From assembly GCA_039794845.1 (NCBI GenBank), contig JAUQVK010000093.1, positions 1-53,232 on the forward strand: a DNA stretch of 53,232 nucleotides, written 5' to 3'. A program made the translations under genes and the position numbers. Below are positions 11,339 through 23,257 of this stretch, piece by piece (position 1 is the first letter of the stretch; every line of letters begins with the position of its first letter). The stretch comes from Thermostichus sp. DRC_bins_24. Lineage in GTDB: Bacteria > Cyanobacteriota > Cyanobacteriia > Thermostichales > Thermostichaceae. The notes beneath the pieces are model-generated. The model saw nothing but the letters and a program-made list of their open reading frames with translations. It made no database searches and was not told the DNA's origin.

Positions 11339-11863
11339 ATGAAGCCCATTTCCCTTGTCCCTATGGCTGGTTCGGTTGGTGTGGCTCTCCTGTGGGGATC
11401 CCTGCTGAGTGGAGCTGTTGCCCGGGCACAGGTGATCACCCCCATTTTTCCGGAGAGTGCGACAACGCCCATTCCTGCAGAACCGCTGCCCCCCAGCCAG
11501 GATATTCCCACCTTGCTGATTGTGCCGGATGCCCAACCTTTGCCCGTCACCCCAGGCAGCACCCGCCCCTTACCGCGGGGGAGCTTCCAAGAGATCAGCC
11601 GGTACTTTCGGGATCTGAATCGCGCCAAAAACCTGGCCCGCCAAACCGCCGAGATCGCCAATGGGGGTCTGCAAAACTATCGCGCCGAAGCTTCCATGCA
11701 CGGAGCTGCCATTGACTCGCCTTTTGAGGAATTTGAGGACTACTGGATCTTCACCTTCCGGGGTGGGGAACCGGGGTTTGTGCAGCCCAGCATCGAAAGT
11801 CAGGTGCGGGTAGACCGAAATACCTTCCAAACCACCCTGCTTTACAACGGCCCCGTGCGCTAA
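11339..11863 (+). CDS. Conserved cyanobacterial exported hypothetical protein
   Basis: Signal peptide ending ARA, a Pro-rich linker, and an NRAKNLARQ...NGGL...YRAE motif. Confidence 0.75.
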   Translation: MKPISLVPMAGSVGVALLWGSLLSGAVARAQVITPIFPESATTPIPAEPLPPSQDIPTLLIVPDAQPLPVTPGSTRPLPRGSFQEISRYFRDLNRAKNLARQTAEIANGGLQNYRAEASMHGAAIDSPFEEFEDYWIFTFRGGEPGFVQPSIESQVRVDRNTFQTTLLYNGPVR

Positions 11864-11869
11864 CGCTAA

Positions 11870-13570
<1,701 letters not shown>

Positions 13571-13606
13571 GCGAGAGTCGGCAGGCTTGGGATCCCGCCC
13601 AGTCAG

Positions 13607-13765
13607 TACAGCCCTTGCGCGGGTTTTCTACAGCAGGGATTGTGCTTTCTGTTCTCGCTCCGCGAGGTGCGGAGCACTAGCTTTCTAGAGAGCGGATCCT
13701 AACTCCCACAGTTGTTATACGTGACCGGCGGACACGCCGGTGTGCCCCGGGCGTAAAGGGCTGTA
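13607..13765 (+). mobile_element. MITE copy 2
   Basis: tacagcccttgcgcgggttttctacagcaggg ... aaagggctgta, with perfect 10-bp terminal inverted repeats including TA. Confidence 0.9.
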
Positions 13766-13849
13766 ACTTCTCATCAGATTGCTACAGCTAGCTTTTGAGG
13801 AATTGATATCAACCACCTCAGGGATAGCCTTCCAGCCACTCCCCGGCCT

Positions 13850-15556
13850 TCAGCTTGCCTCGAGGCAACGCAACACCAACACCGTCAGATCGTCGGTTTG
13901 ATGATCGGCAAACTCTTGTAGGGCCAAATTGAGGATGTGGTCCATCACCTCAGCCGCAGAACCATTGTTCAAAAAAGGCTCCAACAGAGGGGAACGATCC
14001 TGAGACAAATCGGGCCGGGCCTCCAACAAGCCATCGCTAAACAGCAGCAGGGCATCCCCCGGCTGAAAGACCAGTTCTCCTTGCTCATAGGCATCTCCAA
14101 AAAAGGATCCCAGGGGCATGCCTCGCGGAAGTAGCTCCTCAATTTGTCCGGTTCGCCGCAACATCAAAGCATGGCCATGCCCCCCATCCACAAAGGTGAG
14201 CCGTCGTTGAGGGATGTGCAACTGGGCATGAAACAACGTGACAAAGCTTTCCGAGCGAATCAAATCCGATTCCAGGGCGTTGGCGGTGTATTGAATGTTG
14301 ATTAAGGGGGAGGTTTGTCGTGCCAGGGCACGGATTGAAGCCCGCACCGTCGCCATCATCAAGGCAGCGGGGAGCCCCTTGCCCATCACATCCCCCAGTA
14401 CGATGTTGAATAAATCTGGAGCCAGTACTTGCCAATCGTAAAAATCTCCTCCCACCTCACGGGCAGGCAGGCAGCGGGCCGCCAACTCAAACCCCGGTAG
14501 TTCTGGCATGGTGCGAGGGAGCAATTCCTTTTGAATCTCGGCGGCACGGGCCAGTTCCACCTGCAATTGTCGGCGGAGAGCGGCATTTTGTCGGCGCAAT
14601 TCCACACGGGCAATGGTGCGTTGTAACACCGTCTGGAACTCCTGGGGATCAAAGGGTTTGCGCAAATAGTCGTCTGCCCCCTGCCGCAATGCATCAATGG
14701 CCACCTGCTCAGAGCCGAAGGCCGTGGTCATGATCACTGCCATATCCCACTGCTGCTGACGAATCTGCTGCAACACCTCGAGGCCGCTGATCCCCGGCAT
14801 CAACACATCCAAAAAGACCAAGTCGGGCAGAGATGTTGAGTCATCGGGGGAGGGATCCGCTTGTAGGTAGGCCAAAGCCTCTTCACCACTGGCCACTCCC
14901 TGCACTTGAAAGCCAGAAGCTCTCAGCCACCGGCAGAGCAACCGATTGATATCCGCATCGTCATCCACCACCAGCACGCGATTGGCCAAAGGATGGGCCT
15001 GTGCCTCGCTAGAGGGGAGGATCTCCTCCAAGCCTGATGAGGAAGTGGCCGGTGGTAGCGTAAGCAGGAGGGACTTCAACTCTGCCAGCGAAGAACAGAT
15101 CATCACCTGATAGCCCTGGCGGGTTAGGGTGTTGGTCAGGTCCAACGGATCCCGCTCCGCCTGGATCACCCAATAAAGGCTGCTGGGTTGCGATGGGCCG
15201 AGCCTCAACTGGCCGGAAGCGCCTGGGAGGAGCTGCTGTTGAAGTTGCTCAAGACCCCGTTCAATGGCCTGTAGGGTACTGGGTTCGGGTAGGGCTGCTG
15301 CTTCTACCCAAGGCTTACAGAGGTGCTCCAGCTGGCGGGTGAGGCTGCTGACTTTGTCAAAACCATACGTACTGCTAGACCCTGCCAATGTGTGGGCAGC
15401 ACGGTAAAAATCGCGGAATAGGGTCAAGTCAGGAAATCCCTGTTGGTAATGCCGCCATAAGGTTACCAGTTGATCGATCTTGCCAGGCAATTGCTCTTGG
15501 TAGGCAACCCTTAGCGCCTCGAGCTGTTGTTGAAACTCTTGGGTGGGATCCGTCAT
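13850..15556 (-). CDS. Hpt-receiver-PP2C (SpoIIE/RsbU-type) signalling phosphatase
   Basis: Hpt motif AAHTLAGS; receiver motifs VVDDD, DLVFLDVLMP and KPF; PP2C motifs GGDFYD, GDVMGKG, SDGLLE and DDLT. Confidence 0.92.
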   Translation of the reverse strand: MTDPTQEFQQQLEALRVAYQEQLPGKIDQLVTLWRHYQQGFPDLTLFRDFYRAAHTLAGSSSTYGFDKVSSLTRQLEHLCKPWVEAAALPEPSTLQAIERGLEQLQQQLLPGASGQLRLGPSQPSSLYWVIQAERDPLDLTNTLTRQGYQVMICSSLAELKSLLLTLPPATSSSGLEEILPSSEAQAHPLANRVLVVDDDADINRLLCRWLRASGFQVQGVASGEEALAYLQADPSPDDSTSLPDLVFLDVLMPGISGLEVLQQIRQQQWDMAVIMTTAFGSEQVAIDALRQGADDYLRKPFDPQEFQTVLQRTIARVELRRQNAALRRQLQVELARAAEIQKELLPRTMPELPGFELAARCLPAREVGGDFYDWQVLAPDLFNIVLGDVMGKGLPAALMMATVRASIRALARQTSPLINIQYTANALESDLIRSESFVTLFHAQLHIPQRRLTFVDGGHGHALMLRRTGQIEELLPRGMPLGSFFGDAYEQGELVFQPGDALLLFSDGLLEARPDLSQDRSPLLEPFLNNGSAAEVMDHILNLALQEFADHQTDDLTVLVLRCLEAS

Positions 15557-15631
15557 AAAGTGCCAAAGGATGAGCCAGGGAACATCACATCTGTCAGTGG
15601 ATCACCTCAAGGCAAATCTGCATACAAATAC

Positions 15632-15661
15632 AAAATAGGGACCCAGCTTTCGGATCCCTAT
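15632..15661 (-). terminator. Intrinsic terminator after clpP
   Basis: Minus strand atagggatccgaaagctgggtccctat followed by a T-rich tail. Confidence 0.65.
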
Positions 15662-15708
15662 CTTACTCAGGTTATCTCGCTTCGGTTAGCTGCGTGCCGA
15701 AGCTTGCT

Positions 15709-16320
15709 TTAACCAGCCAGAGCTTCGGAGCGCTCCTCAATCACCCGATCCACCAGGCCATAGGCTTGGGCCTCTGCAGCGGAGAGGTAAAAGTCCCGCT
15801 CCACATCCCGCTCGATTTTTTCCAGCGGTTGGCCGGTGGTATGGGCCAAGATCTCGTTCATGCGCCTTTTCACCCGCAGGGTTTCCCGGGCGCGAATTTC
15901 GATATCGCTGGCTTGGCCCTGGATGGTGCCCAAAGAGGGTTGGTGGATCATGATGCGGGAGTGGGGTAAGGCAAACCGTTTTCCTTTGGTGCCGGCGGCC
16001 AGCAAAAAAGCTCCCATAGAAGCGGCCTGACCGACACAAACGGTAACAATGTCCGGCTTGATGTGGTTCATGGTGTCATAAATGGCCATGCCTGCGGTTA
16101 CAGATCCGCCGGGAGAATTGATGTACATAACAATATCTTTTTGCTGATCCTGGGAGTTCAGGTACAGCATGACTCCCACAATGGTGTTGGCCAAATTGTC
16201 ATCGATGGCTTCGCCGATGAACAGGATTCGCTCTTGATAGAGACGATCATCCAAATTAATCCACTGGCTGTAGGGTTCGCCAGGCAAACGGTAGGGAACA
16301 CGAGGCACTCCAATCGGCAT
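15709..16320 (-). CDS. clpP: ATP-dependent Clp protease proteolytic subunit (ClpP3-like)
   Basis: [16 protein letters not shown] (catalytic Ser) and MIHQP motifs; AGGAG RBS before ATG 16320. Confidence 0.97.
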   Translation of the reverse strand: MPIGVPRVPYRLPGEPYSQWINLDDRLYQERILFIGEAIDDNLANTIVGVMLYLNSQDQQKDIVMYINSPGGSVTAGMAIYDTMNHIKPDIVTVCVGQAASMGAFLLAAGTKGKRFALPHSRIMIHQPSLGTIQGQASDIEIRARETLRVKRRMNEILAHTTGQPLEKIERDVERDFYLSAAEAQAYGLVDRVIEERSEALAG

Positions 16321-16399
16321 AACCAACTCCTAATCCTAATTAAAGATCGAAAGAGATCCAGAGCAAGACAGTTAATAGGACACCTATCTGCATCTCTGC

Positions 16400-16571
16400 T
16401 CAACCGGAACGATGCACTTGTAAGAGATCTTCTGCGCTCAGATTCAGTTGGGGCAATACAGAGGAAACTATCGGTTCAGATCCTCTTCTCACCTCCTCTT
16501 CATACTCCCCATTTATCCGGTGCAGCACCGAGACAGACTGCTTTTAACGGTTGCACAGGGGTTTGAACCAT
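16400..16571 (-). pseudogene. Collapsed Uma2-family endonuclease remnant
   Basis: MVQTPVQPL is joined out of frame to KQSVSVLHRINGEYEEEVRRGSEPIVSSVLPQLNLSAEDLL, which resemble the N- and C-termini of cyanobacterial Uma2 proteins. Confidence 0.7.
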
Positions 16572-16588
16572 TGGCGGATCCCTCCACG

Positions 16589-17224
16589 CTAACTTTTGGC
16601 GGATGCCAGAGCGGGTAAAGACTTAGCACTGGTCAAGACCTGATCGATCAAGCCGTAGGCTTTTGCCTCTTCTGGGGTCATGAAGAACAACCGCTCCGTA
16701 TCCCGCTTAATACGCTCCAGAGGTTGCCCTGTGCTGCGGGCCAGTTGCTCCAGCATCATATTGCGGATCGTCAACACCTCCCTAGTGCGAATTTCAATGT
16801 CGCTGGCCTGGCCGCGGGTGCCACCGTAGGGTTGGTGCAGCACAATCGTGGCGTTTGGCAAACTGGCCCGGAACCCCTTCGCTCCAGCCGCCAACAACAT
16901 GGCGGACATACCGATGGCATTGCCAATGCAAATGGTATGCACCGGGGGCTTGATGTAGTTCATCGTGTCCAAAATGGCGAAGGCAGCTGTGTCATAGCTG
17001 TAGGTGCCCGTGGAGTTGATGTACATCTTGATCGGCTTTGCCCGATCCTCGTACTGCAGATACAACAGTTGCTCGACAATTAGTTTGGTGACATTGGCAT
17101 TGGACTCCTCCGCCAGGGGCAAGCCCAGATAGACAATCCGCTCCTGCAACAGCAGCGAGGCCAAATCGGGAGGAGGGGTACGTACTGGAGCACCCCCCCC
17201 GTAGTAATAGGTTGATTGCACCAT
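16589..17224 (-). CDS. clpR: Non-catalytic Clp protease subunit ClpR
   Basis: RTPPPDLASLLL.ERIVYLG N-terminus, YINSTGT, and catalytic Ser replaced (GNAIGMS); lies directly upstream of clpP. Confidence 0.92.
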   Translation of the reverse strand: MVQSTYYYGGGAPVRTPPPDLASLLLQERIVYLGLPLAEESNANVTKLIVEQLLYLQYEDRAKPIKMYINSTGTYSYDTAAFAILDTMNYIKPPVHTICIGNAIGMSAMLLAAGAKGFRASLPNATIVLHQPYGGTRGQASDIEIRTREVLTIRNMMLEQLARSTGQPLERIKRDTERLFFMTPEEAKAYGLIDQVLTSAKSLPALASAKS

Positions 17225-17286
17225 GCCAGGATTCTCCTATGAGTGAATCTACTCAAAAATTTGAAGATAACGAGCCTAAGAAGACA

Positions 17287-17317
17287 GGAAAGGGATCCGA
17301 AGTCGAAACGGATCCCT
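17287..17317 (-). terminator. Hairpin or terminator after clpC
   Basis: 9-bp stem agggatccg/cggatccct with a short T run on the minus strand. Confidence 0.5.
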
Positions 17318-17373
17318 CAGATGGGAAAAAGGCCAGACAAACGCCAGACCTGCAGGGGGATCCCTAAAGACGT

Positions 17374-19848
17374 CTACTCCGCCCCCTGCGGCAACAAAAC
17401 CCGCTCTGGCTCCGTCACCAGCACCTTCGGCCTGCGCTCGTCATCCACATCGATGATGGCCTCGGATCCCTCCTTCACCCGTCCGGTCAGAATCTCTTCC
17501 GCCAGGATATCCTCCAGCAGGCGTTGGATGGCTCTCCGCAAAGGCCGTGCCCCATAGCTGGGGTTGTAGCCCTCCTCCACCACCAACTCCTTGAAGCGGT
17601 CGCTGACCGTAAGGCGGATTTTCTTCTCCGTCATCCGATCAAACACTTCCTTGAGGAGGATATCGGCAATTTGCTTCACCTCCTCCTTGTTCAATTGCCG
17701 GAAGACGATGATCTCATCCAGGCGGTTAAGAAACTCGGGCCGGAAGTACTGCTTTAGCTCCTCATTCACCAGGTTGCGAATGCGGTTGTAGTTGGCATCT
17801 TCGTCGTTGCTGTTGAACTCGAAGCCCAAGCTACCGCCCCCCTTCTCGATCACCTTCGAGCCGATGTTAGAAGTCATCACCAGCAGGGTGTTCTTAAAGT
17901 CCACCGTGCGGCCTTTGGCGTCCGTCAGGCGACCGTCCTCCAGAATCTGCAACAGCAGGTTAAATACATCCGGGTGCGCCTTCTCAATCTCATCGAAGAG
18001 CACCACCGTGTAGGGGCGACGGCGTACGGCTTCCGTGAGTTGGCCCCCCTCGTTGTAGCCCACATAGCCTGGCGGGGATCCGATCAGCTTGCTGACGGTG
18101 TGCCGCTCCATGTACTCCGACATGTCCAGACGGATCATGGCCGACTCAGAGCCGAAGAAGTAGGCGGCCAAGGCCTTGGTCAGCTCGGTTTTGCCCACCC
18201 CCGTTGGGCCGGAGAAAATAAAGCTGGCAATGGGACGGTTGGGGTTCTTTAAGCCAACACGGGCACGGCGGATGGCGCGAGAAATGGCCCGCACTGCTTC
18301 CTCTTGACCAATGATGCGTTGGTGCAGGGTATCCTCCATGTGCAGCAGCTTCGCCGACTCGGTTTCGGTCAGCTTGGCCACCGGCACCCCCGTCCAGGCG
18401 CTCACCACCTGGGCGATGTCCTCTTCGGTTACCTCCGGCATCTCATCGCGGTTGTTTTCCTCGGCTTTTTTGGCAGCGGCAATGGCGCGGATCTGCTGTT
18501 TGATCTCCATCTCCCGATCCCGCAACTCGCCGGCTTTGTCGAAGTCTTGGGCCCGTACAGCGGCATCCTTTTCCTTCAACACTCGCCGCAACTCCTGATC
18601 CAGCTCCCGAGCGGCGGGGGGCAGTTGGGAATTGATCAGGCGCACCCGCGAGGCCGCTTCGTCGATCAAATCGATGGCTTTATCCGGTAAGAAGCGGTCG
18701 GAAATATATTGATCGGCCAGCTTGGCGGCGGCATCCAGAGCAATATCGGAGATCTTCAACTTGTGGTGCTGCTCGTAGCGTTCCCGCAAACCAAACAGGA
18801 TCTCGATGGTTTCGGAAACCGTCGGTTCCCCCACCATGATCGGCTGGAAGCGACGTTCTAAGGCAGCATCCCGCTCGATGTGCTTACGATACTCATCCAG
18901 GGTGGTGGCCCCAATGCACTGCAACTCACCGCGGGCCAAGGCCGGCTTGAGGATATTGGCAGCATCAATGGCTCCCTCGGCAGCACCCGCCCCGATCAAG
19001 GTGTGCACTTCATCGATGACGAGGATGACGTTCCCCGCCCCGCGAATCTCATCCATGATCTTTTTCAGGCGTTCTTCAAATTCGCCGCGATACTTGGTAC
19101 CGGCCACCAGTAAACCGATATCCAAGCTGACCACCCGTTTTTCTGCCAGAATGTCTGGCACATCCCCCTGGACAATGCGCTGGGCTAACCCCTCGGCAAT
19201 GGCCGTCTTGCCCACGCCGGGTTCGCCGATTAAAACAGGGTTGTTCTTGGTGCGGCGACCCAAAATTTGAATCACCCGCTCGATCTCCCGCATCCGACCC
19301 ACCACGGGATCCAACTTGCCATCTTGGGCCAATTGGGTGAGATTGGAACCAAATTCGTCCAAGGTTGGGGTTTTGGTGCGGCCAGAGGAACTTCCTCCAG
19401 CCGTCACTTCGGCGGTTTCCCCCAGCATGCGAATCACCTGGGTGCGTACCTTAGATAGATCTACCCCCAGGTTTTCCAAAACGCGGGCAGCCACTCCCTC
19501 TCCCTCTCGGATTAGGCCAAGGAGGAGGTGTTCGGTGCCAATGTAGTTGTGGCCCAGCTGACGGGCCTCTTCGAGAGAGAGTTCCAGCACTCGTTTGGCG
19601 CGGGGAGTGAAGGGGATCTCGACCGCCACAAAGCCGGATCCGCGACCGATAATTTTCTCGACTTCAATACGGGCATCCTTCAAGTTCACTCCCATGGACT
19701 TGAGAACTTTGGCGGCGACCCCAGTGCCCTCGCCGATTAACCCCAATAAGATTTGCTCGGTGCCAACGAAATTGTGACCCAACCGTCTGGCTTCTTCTTG
19801 CGCCAGCATGATCACCTTGATGGCTTTTTCTGTAAAGCGTTCAAACAT
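17374..19848 (-). CDS. clpC: ATP-dependent Clp protease ATP-binding subunit ClpC
   Basis: [20 protein letters not shown]-terminus, two AAA+ Walker A motifs ([16 protein letters not shown]) and a UVR domain. Confidence 0.99.
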   Translation of the reverse strand: MFERFTEKAIKVIMLAQEEARRLGHNFVGTEQILLGLIGEGTGVAAKVLKSMGVNLKDARIEVEKIIGRGSGFVAVEIPFTPRAKRVLELSLEEARQLGHNYIGTEHLLLGLIREGEGVAARVLENLGVDLSKVRTQVIRMLGETAEVTAGGSSSGRTKTPTLDEFGSNLTQLAQDGKLDPVVGRMREIERVIQILGRRTKNNPVLIGEPGVGKTAIAEGLAQRIVQGDVPDILAEKRVVSLDIGLLVAGTKYRGEFEERLKKIMDEIRGAGNVILVIDEVHTLIGAGAAEGAIDAANILKPALARGELQCIGATTLDEYRKHIERDAALERRFQPIMVGEPTVSETIEILFGLRERYEQHHKLKISDIALDAAAKLADQYISDRFLPDKAIDLIDEAASRVRLINSQLPPAARELDQELRRVLKEKDAAVRAQDFDKAGELRDREMEIKQQIRAIAAAKKAEENNRDEMPEVTEEDIAQVVSAWTGVPVAKLTETESAKLLHMEDTLHQRIIGQEEAVRAISRAIRRARVGLKNPNRPIASFIFSGPTGVGKTELTKALAAYFFGSESAMIRLDMSEYMERHTVSKLIGSPPGYVGYNEGGQLTEAVRRRPYTVVLFDEIEKAHPDVFNLLLQILEDGRLTDAKGRTVDFKNTLLVMTSNIGSKVIEKGGGSLGFEFNSNDEDANYNRIRNLVNEELKQYFRPEFLNRLDEIIVFRQLNKEEVKQIADILLKEVFDRMTEKKIRLTVSDRFKELVVEEGYNPSYGARPLRRAIQRLLEDILAEEILTGRVKEGSEAIIDVDDERRPKVLVTEPERVLLPQGAE

Positions 19849-19937
19849 GATCCTTAGGCTCCCTACGCCTGCATCAAGGCGGACTTGATAGGCCTAATCC
19901 TAACACAGGATTTGGAGAGACCAAGGGACGGTAAATA

Positions 19938-19960
19938 CCCCAGACCGAAACTGTCTGGGG
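19938..19960 (-). terminator. Hairpin downstream of tRNA-Arg
   Basis: 8-bp stem ccccagac/gtctgggg followed by tattt on the minus strand. Confidence 0.5.
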
Positions 19961-19965
19961 AAGGA

Positions 19966-20039
19966 CGCGCCTGGAGAGATTTGAACTCCCGACACCGTGG
20001 TCCGTAGCCACGTGCTCTAGTCCACTGAGCTACAGGCGC
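19966..20039 (-). tRNA. tRNA-Arg(ACG)
   Basis: GCGCCTG/CAGGCGC acceptor stem, anticodon arm CGTGG-CTACGGA-CCACG, T-loop GTTCAAATC; CCA not encoded. Confidence 0.97.
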
Positions 20040-20185
20040 AAGCTACCCAACTGCGATGAGAATGGGGCAACCACGGTTGAATGCTTGTCCGCGCTCGACC
20101 CGTGCGTCGGACTTCTATCAATGTGGCTCAGGTATTCTAGCACAAGAGTCTCCTCTGGGAAGTCTGGCGGAGGTGCAGATATCCG

Positions 20186-21301
20186 TCAGCACCGGCCCTG
20201 CCAAGGTTGAGCGTGCTCTCCCCCCACTTCTAGGCCGGCTTGATGACTCTCGACGCTGAGTACTCGTGTCCAGATCTGGCCGTTTCGCCGCCAAAGCTGC
20301 CATTGCAGATGACCTGCCAAGGTGTCTCGACAGTTGCGCTGCATCCCTTTGGGGCCCGGGGTGAAGACGGTTTGTCCGGGTTGTCGGCTGTGACCCTGGA
20401 GGTGGATGCAATGGGTGGCGTTTTGCCCTGTCATTTGCCAGGATCCCCAGGGATCCACCTGCCAGGAGATCTGGGCTTGTCCGGGCCGCCATTCCAGAAA
20501 AGGCTGGGATCCCCATCCATGCAGGCTGATCAGGGCTACTTCTTCAGGACGGGTGAGAACCCGTCGTTCTGCGCCGGCGCAGGTGAGACTGAGGTCGGGA
20601 TGCTCCGGGAAGGCATTGCACTGGAGCCAGAACCAACGGCGGGGAAAACTTTGCCCCCAATTTTTTTCGGCATAGGCGGGCGCCTGCTGAAATTCGTAGC
20701 GCTGCCCTCTCCATTCCACCCAGCCGCTGGCCGAACCGTGGGCCATCACGATTTGCCAGCCCGGCTCAAAAATGGGCAGATAGGACCATACCCCCATCGT
20801 CGCCCGCGGCGGGATCCCGTAGGCCCAGTGGGGTTGGATGCGGTAAAGCCAGCGAATCGGCTCTGAACGCAGGGGATCCGGCAAAATGCCCTGGTTCAGG
20901 TGGGCGGTGTATTGGTAACCACTGGCGGTCTGCTGAAAGAACGTCAGAGGATCCCGAACCTGCCGAATGCTAGGATTCGGCCCTCCTGTGTGACCCAAAG
21001 CCAGATGACTCGGATCCGCCCAGAAACGCTGTGGATTGGGGAAGGTGCGCCAGTGCAACTCCTCCTCTGGCCCCAACACCTGAGCCATGCCCCCCTGCCT
21101 GGGATCGATGGCATACATAAAGGCAAAGCTGAGCGGCGGATCTTTTGAGTTGAGGGGCAAAGTCACCCGGCTATACCAGCCCTCAAAAAAGGGATCCGTC
21201 CAACCATCCCAGTGATAGCCCGCGTGGGGCAGGGATCCGGAATTTTTGAGAACTTTCTGCCCAGAGAGATTCACAGTAGGGAGAAACCACATCGAGATCA
21301 A
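20186..21301 (-). CDS. Tocopherol cyclase family protein
   Basis: PH.GYHWDG, FFEGWY, FEPGWQ, EKNWG..FP..WFWLQCN and GLEVGG motifs; start uncertain. Confidence 0.9.
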   Translation of the reverse strand: MISMWFLPTVNLSGQKVLKNSGSLPHAGYHWDGWTDPFFEGWYSRVTLPLNSKDPPLSFAFMYAIDPRQGGMAQVLGPEEELHWRTFPNPQRFWADPSHLALGHTGGPNPSIRQVRDPLTFFQQTASGYQYTAHLNQGILPDPLRSEPIRWLYRIQPHWAYGIPPRATMGVWSYLPIFEPGWQIVMAHGSASGWVEWRGQRYEFQQAPAYAEKNWGQSFPRRWFWLQCNAFPEHPDLSLTCAGAERRVLTRPEEVALISLHGWGSQPFLEWRPGQAQISWQVDPWGSWQMTGQNATHCIHLQGHSRQPGQTVFTPGPKGMQRNCRDTLAGHLQWQLWRRNGQIWTRVLSVESHQAGLEVGGEHAQPWQGRC

Positions 21302-21317
21302 GTTAGCAGACGGATTG

Positions 21318-21378
21318 ATAGATTAGAATCTATGGTCATGAAAAGAATAATTGTATTGTTTCTATGTTTATCTACCAT
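21318..21378 (+). promoter_or_regulatory. cmpA promoter with LysR (CmpR/NdhR-type) site ATAG-N8-CTAT
   Basis: ATAGattagaatCTAT at 21318-21333; candidate -35 TTGTAT at 21351 and -10 TACCAT at 21373. Confidence 0.65.
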
Positions 21379-21493
21379 TAGGATAACAACCAAGCTAGGG
21401 CTTAAGGATTTCTTGAGGTTCTTCGGAAAGGAGCCATGGGCCTAGCGGTTTGAGAGGTTTCTCCTTACTTACACCCATTATCCTTGAGACGAG

Positions 21494-22804
21494 GTGAGCA
21501 TGACGTCACGTCGCAATTTCCTGCTGTCCGCTGGAGCAGCAACAGTTGGTGGAATCTTTAGCGGTAGCTTAGCCCAGGCCAGTTCCGGCTACTGGATCGC
21601 CCAGGCCAGCGGTCCAGAAACTCCGAATATCAGGCTGGGTTTTCTGCCCATTGTTGAGGCAGCCCCTCTGATTATTGCCAAAGAAAAGGGCTTTTTTGAT
21701 AAGCACGGCATGACCAGCGCAGAGGTTCTGAAACAAGCCAACTGGCCATCGGCCCGTGACAATGTGGTGATTGGTTCGGCGGGGGGAGGCATTGATGGAG
21801 CCAAATGGCAAATGCCCATGCCCCATCTAATTCACACCGGAGCCATCACCAACAATCAGCCGGTGCGCATGGCGGTGCTGTGCCAATTGGTAACCCAGGG
21901 CAACGGAATTGCCATTGCTGGTATGCACGCGGGTCAGGGCATCGGGTTGGATATTTCTGGCGCAGCCGACTACATCAAAAACTTTGCCGCTGGCAATGGC
22001 CGTAAGTTTAGGGCCGCGTTCACCTTTCCCAACGCCAACCAAGACTTTTGGATCCGCTACTGGTTAGCCGCTGGGGGCGTAAATCCGGATCAAGATATTG
22101 AGCTGTTGGCGGTGCCTCCGGCAGAAACGGTGCAGGGCATGCGCAACGGCACCATGGATGCCTTTAGCACCGGGGATCCCTGGCCTTATCGAATTGTGGC
22201 CGATGAGATTGGCTTTATGGCCGCTCTTACCCATGAAATTTGGCCCTTCCACCCCGAAGAATATCTGGCCATTCGGGCCGATTGGGTAGAAGCAAACCCC
22301 AGAGCTACGCAAGCGGTGTTGATGGCTGTGATGGAAGCCCAGCAGTGGTGCGATGACCCGGCCAACCGAGAAGAACTGGTGCGCATTTTAGCTCGTCGGG
22401 ACTACCTAAATGTGCCGGTTGATGTGCTAACCCCTCCCTTCCAAGGCAGCTACGAAATGGGAGATGACAAGCCGAAGATCCAAGACTTTAATGCAGGGCC
22501 CCTTTATTGGGAAGATGCTCGCGGCAGCGTTTCGTATCCTTACAAGAGCCATGATCTTTGGTTCTTAACCGAAAGCCTACGTTGGGGGTTCCACAGCCGC
22601 TTTATTCCCGATCTAGATACGGCTCGTCGCCTGGTGGATGAGGTGAACCGAGAGGATTTGTGGCGGGAAGCGGCTCAAGCTTTGGGAGTTAGCACTATTC
22701 CCAGCAACACCTCACGGGGTACTGAACGCTTCTTTGATGGGGTGGTGTTTGATCCCCAGGATCCGCAAGCCTATCTGAACAGCTTGAACATCAAAAAAGT
22801 CTAA
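21494..22804 (+). CDS. cmpA: Bicarbonate ABC transporter (BCT1) substrate-binding protein
   Basis: [21 protein letters not shown] and [15 protein letters not shown] are CmpA-type rather than NrtA-type signatures; Tat motif SRRNFL. Confidence 0.9.
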   Translation: MSMTSRRNFLLSAGAATVGGIFSGSLAQASSGYWIAQASGPETPNIRLGFLPIVEAAPLIIAKEKGFFDKHGMTSAEVLKQANWPSARDNVVIGSAGGGIDGAKWQMPMPHLIHTGAITNNQPVRMAVLCQLVTQGNGIAIAGMHAGQGIGLDISGAADYIKNFAAGNGRKFRAAFTFPNANQDFWIRYWLAAGGVNPDQDIELLAVPPAETVQGMRNGTMDAFSTGDPWPYRIVADEIGFMAALTHEIWPFHPEEYLAIRADWVEANPRATQAVLMAVMEAQQWCDDPANREELVRILARRDYLNVPVDVLTPPFQGSYEMGDDKPKIQDFNAGPLYWEDARGSVSYPYKSHDLWFLTESLRWGFHSRFIPDLDTARRLVDEVNREDLWREAAQALGVSTIPSNTSRGTERFFDGVVFDPQDPQAYLNSLNIKKV

Positions 22805-22817
22805 CTGACCCTCACCC

Positions 22818-22855
22818 ACTGGATTGGGGAGGATACCTATCTTTCTCCATCCAGT
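22818..22855 (+). terminator. Stem-loop after cmpA (stabiliser or partial terminator)
   Basis: Inverted repeat actggat...atccagt starting 14 nt after the stop codon. Confidence 0.45.
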
Positions 22856-22877
22856 AAACGGGATTCATAGCTAACAG

Positions 22878-22985
22878 TACAGCCCTTGCGCGGGTTTTCT
22901 ACAGCAGGGTTTATGCTTCCTCAGCCCTCCAGGAGGTGGGTTTCAACCTCCATAGCTGTTACATGTGACTAGCGAAAGGACTGTA
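22878..22985 (+). mobile_element. MITE copy 3 (short form) inside the cmp operon
   Basis: tacagcccttgcgcgggttttctacagcaggg ... aaaggactgta. Confidence 0.85.
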
Positions 22986-23029
22986 TCTCGCTGAGTTGTG
23001 CAATTCCTATCATTTGTCTGGGATCCGTT

Positions 23030-23257
23030 ATGTTGGCACTAATCAACGTCCCTCGTGAATACTCCTACTCTAGGGATCCCTTTTTCAACAGACCAAAGAA
23101 GCCCTACTTGGCCAAACTGCTCTTGTCGATGACGATTGGGCTGTTGGGTTTTGCAATTGCTCTAAAAGTTTTGTTGAGCTTGGAAACCTTATGCCTGCCT
23201 ACAAAGACAAAAAACCAAACCGGCCAGAACCCATGCCTCATTTCTCAAATCCTGTAG
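23030..23257 (+). CDS. Possible small single-pass membrane protein (75 aa)
   Basis: ATG ORF with one hydrophobic stretch (LLLSMTIGLLGFAIALKVLLSL) preceded by basic residues; no family recognised. Confidence 0.4.
   Translation: MLALINVPREYSYSRDPFFNRPKKPYLAKLLLSMTIGLLGFAIALKVLLSLETLCLPTKTKNQTGQNPCLISQIL

Noticed and set aside
19966..20185. Integrative element at tRNA-Arg
   Set aside because: No integrase and no duplicated tRNA 3' end were seen; the flanks are core genes.
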